Positions 34,363-45,727 of a DNA stretch of 64,000 nt are shown in pieces. Position numbers and translations under genes: made by a program. The stretch is taken from the NCBI GenBank assembly GCA_037447605.1, contig CM074819.1, positions 952,297 through 1,016,296 of the forward strand. Reading direction: 5' to 3'. Within the stretch, counting starts at the first letter, position 1. Each line of letters opens with the position of its first letter. The stretch is from Zygnema circumcarinatum SAG 698-1b. Its lineage: Eukaryota; Plantae; Zygnematophyceae. The notes beneath the pieces were generated by a model. The model did no database searches. It was given only the letters and a program-made list of their open reading frames with translations, and was not told the origin of the DNA.

Positions 34363-35489
34363 TAGGGTTGGGGGCACGGTCCCCCTCCGACCCGTGCCCA
34401 GGGGCACGTGCCCCCCCGCCAAGGGGGGGGGGGGCATGCCCCTTTTTCGTGCCCCGTGACGTGACTGCATTGAGCAATTCAAATCGGCCCCAAAAAAGAA
34501 TATAATATTTTAAAATCGGTACGGATGAAGGTACGAAAAGTACAGATGAATGTACTAAACGTACGGATCAAGGTACAAATGTACGGAAAATATGGAAAGT
34601 ACGGACAGTACTCAACACAACAATCGTCACCGGTGTAACGTAACGGAGCTGCGTTCGACGGATCTGCGTCAGTTCAATTGTACTTGACATATGCCTCTTC
34701 CGTGTCACGGATCAGCGGAATCCAGGAGCTGCCAACGGAGATTGAGAGAAGGCGGCGCCATGTGTTGGCGGCCCACGGAACAGCACACCATCCAGCTAGG
34801 CGCACTCGGAAGCGCCGCAAGATGCCGCCGATTGTCATCAGTTGACCTATCCGAAGGCTCCACGCAGTCAGTCAGGCCACTCAGTGGGCAGTTGGCCAAT
34901 CNNNNNNNNNNAGGCTCAAGATCTATTGTCAGTGTTAGGTAGATGGGATGTAAGTGATGCTTGTTTGTCTTTTAGTGCTGGGCTTAGTATTTGTATTTGC
35001 TGTGTGGTTTGTTGTCTTGTTCTTCTCTTCTTCCTCTTCAGTTCCAGCAACAGATGCTAAGTGTGAGAGAGAGAGAGAGTTCCATGCCATAGATAGAGAG
35101 AGAGAGAGAAAGAGTCTTCTTGCTGATAGCATTTAGACGTCCCATTCAGCCCAGCTAGACAAAGATTTCAGTGAGAAGATCCTTTCATTGTAATGACTAT
35201 CCCCAGCCAACCGCTGGCTGGGGTGACTTTCCAAAATACAACCTTTATCTAAGTTGAGTACTGTTTTCCCTTTGCTGTCACTATGCCAAGCCACTATCTT
35301 GTTCTATCCTGCCTTGCATCCCTCCCAATGACCAATGATAACTAGAAGCCTAGCTAAGAGACTAGCCGAGGAGAGGACAGGGGANNNNNNNNNNCTTCAG
35401 GGGCAAGGGCAGGACGATCGCAAGGACCCTCCAGCTTTCGCACCAACCTGCAGAGAAGCACACGAGTCAGATCTGAGTTTCCCAGCAAG

Positions 35490-37031
35490 ATGGAAGAGAT
35501 GATGACCAAACTGATAGCAATGATTCCTGAAAAGAGTGAGGTGAGGGATACCACGGGCATCATCACTAGAGGTTTCACCGGCAAGCAGGAAGATGCAGAA
35601 GCCTGGCTGAGACATCTTGAGGAGAAGGCAGCGCAAGCAGACCTGAAGGAGGACCAGTGGATCAAGCTGGCCCTTGGAGCGCTGGAAGGAGAGGCCGTCA
35701 ACTGGAAGCTGTCCCGAAACTGGCACAAGGCGGATGTCGTCGGCAACCTGACAAGGGACACATTCAAGCAAGCTTTCAGACAACGCTGGATTTCAGATCC
35801 AATCACTGTGCTAGACCGACTTCGCTACATAGAGTGCTACAGTGATGAGCGGCTGTTCGAATTCACTGAGCGTTTCGTGCGCATGGCAAATACGATCGAG
35901 AACTTGCCTGACTTTCCCGAAGTTCTCCAGTGGTTCCGCAAGGCCATCAGCGAGAAGGATCTCCACCTGGATCGTGAGCTGCGCGACAACCCACCAGCAG
36001 ATGCCCAGGCATTGTTAGAAAGGGCAGAGCGAATTCAGAAGGATCAAGAGAGAGGCAACCGACATGTACGACCACATTACATGAATGCTACAGATCCACG
36101 ACAAGATCGACTCTACCAGCAGTTCCTGAAGACACAGAATCAGCAGTGCTGTGGTCCCTCACTCACTGTCGGACAACATCTTTCTGGCATCCCTGCTCAG
36201 CGTGGGCAGCCCCTGTCATCAGCCCTCTCGCTGTGGCCAAGCGCGACCAAGCCCTTTCTCCCATCCCTTGGTGATGTGCGCATCCCGTGAGCCGTCATGA
36301 ACCCTCACATCCCGATATTTGCGTCCAGATATCGGGGTCCTTACTCCGATCGAACACCCGAAGAGAGAGAAGCCGCCAGAGCCGATTTGCGCCGTCGGAT
36401 GACAGAGGCAGGGGTTCCAGAGGGCGTTTGCCTTGCCTGCGGCCTGAATCATAATCCGCGGCTGCGTTGTGGACCATGGACCTGCACCTTCTGCCAGATC
36501 ACGGGACATGATGCCCGTGTGTGCATGCGGAGACTTTCAAGTGAGAAGGCCCGAAAGGGGAAAGAGGCAGCTGCAGGGAGCTCACCTGCAGAGATCACCT
36601 TCATGGACATGCTCCCGGCTATTCACACACCACCGAGAACTCCAACTCCCTCGGCTTGCCTCCACCTCCTTCGCCCGCTCTCAGTCCTGCAGCGTCCGCG
36701 ATCATCTGCACCCCATGGAGTCCCCTTCTTGGCGAGCGCATTCAGGGGCCGAGCCCAATCTGGCTGCCCGCGCCGCATGCCACAGATTGCACGGCTTCCC
36801 ACCAAGTTTGATATGAATCATCAAGATCTGAAGACATGTCAAGCCAGATGGCCAGAATCCAGCTCCCCTTCCAGCAGCTGCCTAGCACAAACAATTCTCA
36901 TCCTCCCCTACCTTCCTCCTGCAATATACAACAGCACCAGCTCCTCTAACACGGCTCCACCAGTCAGCCACCTCTCCAAAGACTCCAATCCTCCCTCCTT
37001 CCACAGGTCATCCCTTGGGATCCATGCCTGA
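35490..37031 (+). pseudogene. Gypsy gag (35490-36290) plus frameshifted CCHC-knuckle region (36297-37031)
   Basis: FTGKQEDAEAWL...LEGEAVNW retrotransposon-gag pattern; CTFCQITGHDARVC knuckle. Confidence 0.8.
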
Positions 37032-37412
37032 GGAGGAAACTGACGATCCCGATGAGGAGGAGCCGACAGAGGCGCAGCCAGAGCCGACAGCACCAGCAAC
37101 AGAAGAAATGCCAGTGGACCATTCATCGCCCTGGGGGAAATACCTCGCTCTGTCCCCAGGGCACCGTGGATCGTGCCCAGGCAGACAGCTGTCCCTGATT
37201 GACACATCATTCAGCAACTAGTGGGAGACAGACTGGGGTCAACATGCCTTGTCACAGTTTGATGCAGCTGGTACCAGGTGCTGCAGCCGTAGTTCGTAAG
37301 CTGGCCGACAGTGCAGAGGCCACCCTGCGGCCTCCCACGGTTCCCATGGCACCTCCTCCGGCCATCCCCTCGCCGGCAGATATCCACCACATGGCCACGG
37401 CACCTCTTCCAG

Positions 37413-37855
37413 TGTAACAAACCTACAAACTACAAGGTTTGAACACAAGACCTCCCGGTACCCACACCAGTGCTTTACCATTAAAAGGCAACCGCGGATG
37501 TGAGTACTCGGCCATGCGCACATGTATGGCGTTCGCTCATCCTCCCCACCTAGACCGGGCTCGTCCTCGACGCACTCAGAGGTTTCACGAGCAGCGTCGG
37601 CTTCCTCAACATGATTGCCGGCCCCTGGCCCCTCAGGCCACTGAGAACAGGTTACGATCTTTCAGTGTGCAGGAGTGCGGTGTTTTTAGGGTGGATCCAA
37701 TGCCGGGCACTCGCCCTGATACCAATGTAACAAACCTGCCAACTACAAGGTTTGAACACAAGACCTCCCGGTACCCACACCAGTGCTTTACCATTAAAAG
37801 GCAACCGCGGATGTAAGTACTAGGCCATACAACACATGTATAGCGTTTCGCTACA
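37413..37855 (-). mobile_element. Complete TRIM (443 bp) with tRNA-like A/B boxes in both ~130-bp LTRs
   Basis: LTRs 37726-37855 (5') and 37413-37539 (3'), TG...CA; 5-bp TSD TCCAG (37408-37412 and 37856-37860); PBS TGGTATCAGGGC (37724-37713, initiator-Met type); PPT AGGTGGGGAGGA (37551-37540); 186-bp non-coding interior. Confidence 0.92.
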
Positions 37856-38112
37856 TCCAGACCCAGTTCGCTCTCCCCGCCATCCTCCTCGCCAGATTCA
37901 CGTTCTTCCTCTGATCCCAACACCCAACAATGCAGAGTCATTGTTGCGTGTATGGCTAAACGGTAGGTCCAAGCAAAGCCATCGTCGACAGCAGGAGCTG
38001 TTGCGACACGTGCTGTCCAAGCCAGTGGTATAAAGGCTGCAGGGTTAAGTTGGACAGGGCGCCGATACGTTGCCGATATGTAGGGGGTTGAGGGGAGCCT
38101 ACGTGAAGGGAC

Positions 38113-40299
38113 ATGTCCGTGGTAGTCAGGGCCTCAGCGAGGATGGGAGCCACGGTGAATGCGGTCATCACGGCTGTTGATCACTATTCTATCTTGCTGG
38201 GCTCAGATTGGCTCATTGCGATGGGAGCACAAATCGACTTTGCTACGTGTCAGCTGCACTTATCTACTGGCGGGATAGACTGCTCCTTCCCCATCATCCT
38301 CGAGTCCCTTACCACCTCCGCATTCCCCAAGCGCCACGCCACTGCGCAGGTCTCCTACCCGGAGATCACCATGTACCATGCGGTCGGCAGCCCCCATTCT
38401 TCCTATGGATCGGCCAATTCTGATACCGATGACGAGACTTCCCCTCCTGCTCCCCCGAATCCAGCCCTCTGTGCGCCGACGGAGGAACTTTTGCCGCCGG
38501 TGATAGCTGCACCCAGCTTCCCAGCCCACGAGACCATCAGTGATGAAGAGTGGCTGGAGATAGAGGGTCAGATGCGATTGGGGCCAGCAGTACTCTCAGA
38601 CCCGATCAAGCATTCTCAACTACGCCAAGTGCTGCGCCGAAATCACCTAGTTTTCGCACGACATTCACTCGACATCGGCAAGACCCACCTGATTGAGCAC
38701 CATATCGATACGGGGGATGCACCTCCCGTGATGACCATGACTCCCTACCGCTTTTCCGCCGCTCAGCAGGCCGATGTCGAACGACAGATCGATGAGAACG
38801 TGGCAGCCGGCTTGATGGAACCCGGAGAAGGGCCTTGGGCCAGCCCGGCCGTTCTGCCCCCAAAGCCGGATGGCACACTCCGCTTTTGTGGAGACTATCG
38901 GAAACTGAATGCCATAACGAAGTGGGATCCTTATATGTTACCGGATGTGGACCTGATTCTCCACGGCGTCTCCCTTGAGGACCGATGGTTCTCGGCCCTG
39001 GACATGCAGAAGTCCTTCTGGCAGATCCCCCTGCAACAGGCCGATCGTTGCAAGACGGGGCTTCGTACAGCCACACGCTTCGTGCAGTGGACAGTGCTTC
39101 CCTTTGGGCTCAAGAATTCCAGCCAGACTCACCAGCGCCTGGCCAACCAGGTATTCGGCCCCTGTCGCGCCTTCTGCGAGCCTTACGTGGATGATGCATC
39201 CCTCCACAGCAAGGACTGGTCCTCCCACCTGCAACACATTGACCAAGTGCTTCAACAGCTCATCAGTGCGCGTCTGAAGATTGCACCCAAGAAGTGCAAA
39301 TGGGGCCACCAGGAGATCACTCATCTCGGGCACCGCCTCGGCATCAATGGCCTGAAACCATCACTCGACAAAATTGAAGCGATTGACCTTATGCCCATTC
39401 CACAGAATCTCACTCAGCTCAAGTCTTTCTTGGGACTCACCTCTTTCTATCGCCGGTTCATTAAGGGCTATGCCCTTATCGCGCGTCCCCTACATGCCTT
39501 GGAGAAGCACGGAGTCCACTACGAATGGAGCCGAGCGCAGGATCTGGCCTTCCAAGCGCTCAAGAGTGCCCTCCTTCAGGCTCCTTGTCTGCATCAATTC
39601 GACCCCACCCTGCCCACCATCATTGACGCTGACTGGAGTCAGACGGGATTTGGGGCAGTGGCCAGTCAAGCCTTCCCGGATGGGGAACACCCGGTCAGTT
39701 ATGCTAGCAGGGTTTGTTCGGAAACCGAGACCAAGTACAGCCCTACTGAGGGTGAGGCAGCGGCTATTCTCTGGGCACTGGAGAAGTTCAAGCTCTTTAC
39801 GGCCTACCAGCCCATTATCATTAGGACTGACCACATGCCACTCACTTGGCTGCACATCATGGCTACCCTACGACCTAAGTTTGCACGATGGGTGATGAAG
39901 TTGGAGGAGTATAATGTACTCAAGGTCACCCACCGTCCCGGCCGCAGTCACGGCAATGCTGACGGCCTTAGTCGCAATCCTTCGGCTCCCCTCCTCTGTC
40001 ACGATCCGGCCGTTCCTGAACACATCCCTCCACCCACCCTCTTGAACCCTGAGCATCTTCGCATTGAGATTTTTATTGCCGCTCAAGCCCTGCATGATGT
40101 CCTATTCGCAGATGGGCTGATCGATATTCCGGCCACAGCCACCACCCTCCATCGCTGGCAGGACCCTGACTTTACCCACGGCCACCCATGGGTCCGTCCC
40201 CGGACACCGTGGATGGGATGGCGCTCCCTTTGTTTCCTCCCCCTTCCAGCACCAGGTGAGGCTCCATTAGGGACTTCTCCCTTGCTCGCTACGTCATGA
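38113..40299 (+). CDS. Gypsy Pol: protease C-terminus, reverse transcriptase, RNase H
   Basis: ILLGSDWL; WASPAVL...LRFCGDYRKLN; FSALDMQKSFWQI; LPFGLKN; YVDD; DADWSQTGFGAV; TEGEAAAILWAL; TDHMPL. The upstream protease core is frameshifted (AIVDSRS near 37980). Confidence 0.92.
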   Translation: MSVVVRASARMGATVNAVITAVDHYSILLGSDWLIAMGAQIDFATCQLHLSTGGIDCSFPIILESLTTSAFPKRHATAQVSYPEITMYHAVGSPHSSYGSANSDTDDETSPPAPPNPALCAPTEELLPPVIAAPSFPAHETISDEEWLEIEGQMRLGPAVLSDPIKHSQLRQVLRRNHLVFARHSLDIGKTHLIEHHIDTGDAPPVMTMTPYRFSAAQQADVERQIDENVAAGLMEPGEGPWASPAVLPPKPDGTLRFCGDYRKLNAITKWDPYMLPDVDLILHGVSLEDRWFSALDMQKSFWQIPLQQADRCKTGLRTATRFVQWTVLPFGLKNSSQTHQRLANQVFGPCRAFCEPYVDDASLHSKDWSSHLQHIDQVLQQLISARLKIAPKKCKWGHQEITHLGHRLGINGLKPSLDKIEAIDLMPIPQNLTQLKSFLGLTSFYRRFIKGYALIARPLHALEKHGVHYEWSRAQDLAFQALKSALLQAPCLHQFDPTLPTIIDADWSQTGFGAVASQAFPDGEHPVSYASRVCSETETKYSPTEGEAAAILWALEKFKLFTAYQPIIIRTDHMPLTWLHIMATLRPKFARWVMKLEEYNVLKVTHRPGRSHGNADGLSRNPSAPLLCHDPAVPEHIPPPTLLNPEHLRIEIFIAAQALHDVLFADGLIDIPATATTLHRWQDPDFTHGHPWVRPRTPWMGWRSLCFLPLPAPGEAPLGTSPLLATS

Positions 40300-40480
40300 C
40301 CCGCACATTACCCCCCTTTATCACGGACACCGAGAGGGCTCGGCTGCTCCGCCGCGCTCGGCACTTCTCTGTTGATGATGACGGACAGATTCTGTACCTC
40401 CCCTCTAGCCTTCCTGTTCCCTTTCAATGACGTAGAAATTCTGGATATTCGATTGCAGCCCGTCCACTGGCCAGAAGAAG

Positions 40481-41143
40481 ATGGTCGCCCTGCTGCAGGA
40501 GCGCTATTATTGGCCCGGCCTCCACGGCGCGGTGAGCCGCTACATCGAAACCTGCACCCGTTGCCAACGCGGCAAACGCTCTGCTCCCCCCGACCGCCAA
40601 CCCCTGGAGATGGGTGAGATCCCCATACGAGGCGTCGCCGAAGATTGGAACATTGACACCTTTTCTATCCCCCAGCTCGGCACCCCCTCTGGCTACATTC
40701 GAGTCTTCCTAGCCGTGGACAGATACACCAAGTGGGTAGAGGTTCACGCTACAGAATCTAAGCATTCCGTCCACTCTGCCCGCCTCCTGACGGCCATCAT
40801 TCACCGCCACTCTCTACCCTACTCTGTCCACTCTGACAATGGCACCGAATACAAGGGGGCATTTGCCAAGCTCATGCAGGACTTCCGCATCATTCACCAC
40901 ACCTCTAGCCCCTACTCCCCCTGGCAGAATGGGCTTGCAGAACGTACCATACAGACGGTCAAGGATGCGTGCGTTCGCGGCTGCGCGGAGCTGGAGGCGG
41001 ACTGGCGCGAGGTCATCCCCTCCTTGGTCTTCACGTACAACACCTCTGTTCACTCCTCCACTGGCTTCTCTCCCTACGAGCTCCTCTATGGCCGTAAGCC
41101 CCGCATTCCCCTTGACCTCCTCCTCTCCTCGGTCACTGAATGA
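40481..41143 (+). CDS. Gypsy integrase core, frameshifted from Pol
   Basis: YYWPGL..CTRC, WNIDT, VDRYTKW, HSDNGTEY, SPWQNGLAERTIQT; GPF motif at ~41360. Confidence 0.9.
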   Translation: MVALLQERYYWPGLHGAVSRYIETCTRCQRGKRSAPPDRQPLEMGEIPIRGVAEDWNIDTFSIPQLGTPSGYIRVFLAVDRYTKWVEVHATESKHSVHSARLLTAIIHRHSLPYSVHSDNGTEYKGAFAKLMQDFRIIHHTSSPYSPWQNGLAERTIQTVKDACVRGCAELEADWREVIPSLVFTYNTSVHSSTGFSPYELLYGRKPRIPLDLLLSSVTE

Positions 41144-42114
41144 CGCGCCCTCCCGGATTGGGTCACCCAGCTTGACTCCCTGGCCCTCGCTTTCGAGCCC
41201 TGGATTCCATCTGGCCTCCCACCACCTAGAACACGCCGCACGGCGACAATTTCACGGACTCGGGCGCGCCGAGACACACTCCTCGCCCATCAGGTCACGC
41301 ACGTCAGCTCATTTGGCTCAGGAATCTCGCCAAACCGACTCAACGGGCTTTTCCGTGGTTGGGCCCCTTCATTTGTGTCGGTCCGTCGGAGATCCCAGGA
41401 TGGGCCATCATTTCGGAAGGCCCTGACTCTAGTGGGAACGCCCGGCGCTGGCGTTCCCACTGGATCGACATTCGNNNNNNNNNNATTTCAGTGAGAAGAT
41501 CCTTTCATTGTAATGACTATCCCCAGCCAACCGCTGGCTGGGGTGACTTTCCAAAATACAACCTTTATCTAAGTTGAGTACTGTTTTCCCTTTGCTGTCA
41601 CTATGCCAAGCCACTATCTTGTTCTATCCTGCCTTGCATCCCTCCCAATGACCAATGATAACTAGAAGCCTAGCTAAGAGACTAGCCGAGGAGAGGACAG
41701 GGGAAGAGAGCCCCCAAGGAAGGGCTCTTTGCGCATCGAGTCCAGCCGCCGGTGGGAACATCTTCAGGATCCCTACGTCTTCCGCTGCGCGTACCTCTGA
41801 ATCTCCCGGATCCTGGCTCTATGCTGCAGGCAGACCCACAGGACCAACACAAGCCTTCATCAGTTTCAGCACGGACGCGCGAGTGGCCGTACAGCACCTG
41901 CAACTAGCTCAGCAGTCTCCTCTTAACCCCACTTATCTTGTGCTACACCGGCCCGGGCCCGGTCGTACGAGGTAAGCGTCACGTGACAGGGGGCACGGGG
42001 GGGCACGAAATATATGGGGAAAATTTTTGGAGGCGTGCCCCGGGCACGGACGTTCAAAAATGGGGGGCATGCCCCCCCCCCGGGCATGCCCGTGCCCCCG
42101 TGCCCCCAACCCTA

Positions 42115-42337
42115 CTCTCCGTCCTCTCTTCCATCTGACGGCTCTCCGTTCTCTCCCGCATCCGACGGCTCTTCGTCCTCTTGTCCATCCGACGGCTCTC
42201 TGTCCACTCTACCATCCGACGGCTCTTTGTCTTCGCGCCTATCCGACGGCTGTCCGTCTTCTTGTCCATCCGACGGATCTCCGACTTCTCCGTCCTCTTT
42301 TCCATCTGACGGCTCTCCGTTCTCTCGCCCATCCGAC
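42115..42337. repeat. 27-bp minisatellite, right part (~8 units)
   Basis: Same CCATCCGACGG...CCGTC unit. Confidence 0.92.
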
Positions 42338-42351
42338 GGGAGGTAGGGAGT

Positions 42352-42578
42352 GCCACGTGGCAGCAGGGCCTTCCTCTCAGCCCCCAGCGCCCGGCCGCCC
42401 TCCACTCCGCGCCGCCACGTGGCCACCATGGCTGCCGTCTCCGCGCGCCACGTGGCGCTCTGGGCAGCCCTGCGGGGCCGCGGCAGCGAGGCAGGGGCTG
42501 CAAGAGAGCGGCGCTCTCTGGAGTTGCCACGTGGCATAAGCATGGGGCCGGAGCGGGGATTGCAGGCTGCCACGTGGC
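42352..42578. promoter_or_regulatory. Five perfect GCCACGTGGC palindromes (extended G-box)
   Basis: At 42352, 42414, 42447, 42526 and 42569; degenerate TTAGGG repeats follow at ~42675-42691. Confidence 0.55.
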
Positions 42579-42989
42579 GGAGTGCCATTGGAGCAGGAAG
42601 GCTGAGGGGCGCAGAAAGGTGCGTGAGAGGGCTTTGGATGGAGCTTGCTGTCAGGGGTTCAGCGACTCAAAAATTAGGGTTAGGGTTAGGGTCGGAAAGC
42701 GTTGGCATCGGAACTTTGGAGCAGGCAATGAGGAGTGGATCATAATAGATAAGCGCTCTTGTTTTGTAAGAATCCACATTTATAACAATGTCTCACTAAC
42801 CTCATTGCACTATCGGCGTATTTGGCATGGCCTCTCCCATGTCCTCCAATTGAAATTTTATAGAAATTATAACGAAACCCTATTCCCGAGTGCTTTGGCC
42901 TTCTCTCAAAATATCTTTTTCTCTTCTGAGCAAATCCCTATGAATGTATAAAACCAAGATGCAATGTAGTCATTCTTAATATTAAAGGC

Positions 42990-45727
42990 TGTTGATCATG
43001 CAGGCAAAAGCACACACCTGTAACTTGCTTAGGAAGCAGTGGCAGGGGGGCGAACCCTGAGCAGGCTTTAAAGACTATGGTGGAGCTTGACAACTTCATT
43101 GATAAGTTGCGAGTGACTAAGTCAGAGCTGGTGAGGATCACACTTAACACAACAACAAGGCAAAAGCAAACCTTTTTATAGTCGGGGATGTCCTTGTTCC
43201 TGATTGTTTGGTGTAAAGTCTGCATGCATGAGTCTGCGCCTCCTTTGATTGTTTGTCATGCCGTGGTGCATTTGATCGCGGTAGTTTGGCATTTTGTATT
43301 TCTTCAATTGAACACTTCTTTGATAAGCTAGGGTTTGGAGGGAGTGGGAACACAGCTTTCACAAAAGGTGGCGGAAAATGTATTGGCATTTGATCGCACT
43401 TTCTGGCTGCGTCTTGCCACACGCGCTGATACATGTCAAAACGAAGACGAGCAGGTGAAACAGCTTTCCTACATGAAAATAATAATAAGGAACCCTTCCT
43501 GATTGCTGTGGGATGTGTGGGGCTCTATTTCCTCCTTTTCGTTTCATGTTTGAAACTGGCCAATTTGAGGGGTCAAGGAACTCGCTTGCAACAATAGATT
43601 GGTGGACATTCAAGCACATTAGTCTCTGTTTTTGGAGCCTTGCAGCAGCCTGATAGTTGCACCCTTAATGCCTGTCTCTCAGAGGGGCAAAGTCTTCAAA
43701 TAACTTGTCAGGCATCGGCATCACCATTCTTCTCCCTCTTGCTGCTCGGTATATCGGTGGGGGCGAACAGAGAGACTATCAGGAGCTGGCTACCCAAATC
43801 ATGATAATTGTGGAAAAGATCATTAAGCAAACACAGGTGAGCAAATTGCTGATCTCCCTTGCAACACGTACGAACGTGGAGACACTGTCTTCAGTTCTGT
43901 ATAAAAGAAGATACGAGTAAAGTTGGGGAAATCCACTATTGCTTTTTACTAGGTTGATATGATGAAATTTTTGATAAGAACTCCCATTCCTGGAGAGGCG
44001 TCTGGGGCCCCATGAGCTATGGTGTTAAGCCGCATTCCATGCCATTCCATGCCATGTCATGTGATTGAAGCGGAAGTGATAGCGGGGCAGGCAAAGATGG
44101 ACAGTTCAACAAACGTCTTAAGCGACCTGCTTAGGAGTGTGGCAGAGGACGATGGCGAAATTTTATGGCCGCCCCAAAGTGGTCGGAAAATGTCAGATTT
44201 GAAGCAGGTGCACCCTCCTCGCCTTCTAAAAAAGGAGACATCCGTGTCCCATCATTGCAAGCTGCCTTGCCCTCCCTGCCATCTGGTGGGGGTTTGCCAT
44301 TCGGTTTGCTTTCAGACAGTTGTATGATTTGAATCTGATAAGTGTCGGCTCGAATGCCGCATACAGGCGATCGAGGAGAAGCAGAATGCTGGATTGCTCG
44401 ACGAGGGCTTCTTAGCGGGCGTTACTGCACAGCTGCGACAGGTAACAAGCCAAAAGCTGCTTAATAAGATATCCTATCAAGGAATGGTGTAAACAACTAG
44501 TATTTTACGTTCTGCTCATATTCAGTATATTCACTCGGACTCAACCAAACCCTGAATGAGCCAACTCTCTTTGTGGGGGAACCAACAGGCGAAGGAGAAA
44601 ATGGACCGGCCTGGGCTTATAGCCCTCCTCCAGAAGGTGCTGCAGCTGTATGCTGCCACCTGGCTATCTCGCCGCTCATATGCTGTTCTGCGTAAGCTCC
44701 ATGTTGCATTGCAGGGTGGTAGAGCTCGAATGTTAATTAATGTTAATGTTACACGAGGGATTTCATTTGTAAGAGTGGGAGGGAGGGGAGAGGAATCCTT
44801 GCTTGTTTAGTGAGGCATGCGACGCGTCGGAAGGCTGTGAGACTGAGAGGGGTATGGGAGGGAGGGGAGGGGAGTGGTTTAAGGAGGCAGCGAATGGCAA
44901 TGTGGATGAAGCAGAGAAGCTTCTGGAGGCAGTTCTTTCTGGTAAGACCTCGCCCCTCATAAGTCTTACAGCATAGTCCATGGAGTTGCAGCTTTTAGTC
45001 CGGAATGCAGGCATGGATCAGCCAAAGGAAAGGCTATAATAGACGAAACATTCAGCAAGCGCACCACAATGGATCAAGCTGATTTTGTTTTGAAAGTTGA
45101 AGCTATTTTTTGTTAGTTTTTTGTCCAGTTGGCGTACAGGGCAATAACGGCACGTTGTTGTGTTTGTATCCAAGTCGAGAGAATATGAGCACATGTTTTC
45201 AGGTTCCTTTAAGGTTGCAGTTGGGAAAGGAAAGGCACACGGCATACGGTTCTGTTCTAGAACGGTATCCAAATCTACTATTGACATGGGTCTGGAAGAT
45301 TCTTTGGTCAGCGGAGGAGGACGATTGGACTCCCTTATTGCAGCGAGGATTAAGATATGGCGGAGGGGCAGTCGAAGAGGAGGCCCTCTTTGGGGTGGTG
45401 GAGAAGAGGATGGAGAGAACCTTGATGCGAACGGTAAGGAAATCTCTCACATGGAACACATTCCCACTTTGGGGTATAATCTTCAGACCCAAATTCTGAA
45501 GCTGGGATGATTTCCCCTTAATTTGCTGATCTTTAGGGCATTCGGTACGTGAGTATTCCATGCAGTCGTTGTGTTAGTACCGATGATTTGAAGGTGTGGG
45601 GGAACAGGAGAGCGGTTCATATCAGCAGCGAGTTCTGGGCGAGTATTTGAAGGAGATAGACGAGAGGGCTCGCGCAGTTGTGGAGGCCTATAAGGCGGCT
45701 TCTCTCCCTCCTCCGCCCTCCGGATGA
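42990..45727 (+). CDS. Conserved plant protein of unknown function (name not recognised), multi-exon; 5' end uncertain, possibly near 42.4-42.7 kb
   Basis: Spliceable exons GIGITILLPLAARYIGG...KQTQ, AIEEKQNAGLLDEGFLAGVTAQLRQ, AKEKMDRPGLIALLQKVLQLYAATWLSRRSYA, SAEEDDWTPLL...EKRMERTLMRT, ESGSYQQRVLGEYLKEIDERARAV...*; the motifs look like a land-plant family from memory and need BLAST. Confidence 0.65.

Larger units (their letters stand above)
34634..41947 (+). mobile_element. Ty3/Gypsy LTR retrotransposon, degenerate; LTRs about 1 kb, partly in gaps
   Basis: Termini TGTAAC...GCTACA flanked by CCGG; LTR segment 35167-35384 matches 41486-41700; gag, protease, RT, RNase H, integrase in Gypsy order. 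Confidence 0.95.
34363..42114 (+). mobile_element. hAT MITE family B, copy 3, split by a Gypsy insertion (halves 34363-34633 and 41948-42114)
   Basis: TIRs at both ends; 8-bp TSD CTCTCCGT (34355-34362 and 42115-42122); the halves rejoin to the sequence of copies 1 and 2. Confidence 0.93.

Noticed and set aside
37413-37539. Functional tRNA gene in the TRIM LTRs
   Set aside because: The acceptor stem and anticodon loop are degenerate (6-nt loop); only promoter-like boxes are supported.
38260-40095. Overlapping minus-strand and alternative-frame ORFs in pol
   Set aside because: Shadow frames of a GC-rich RT/RNase H region with no motifs of their own.
42990-45727. Assigning a gene name (PRDA1 or PAC considered)
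   Set aside because: Recalled sequences of those proteins do not fit the exons; left unnamed pending BLAST.
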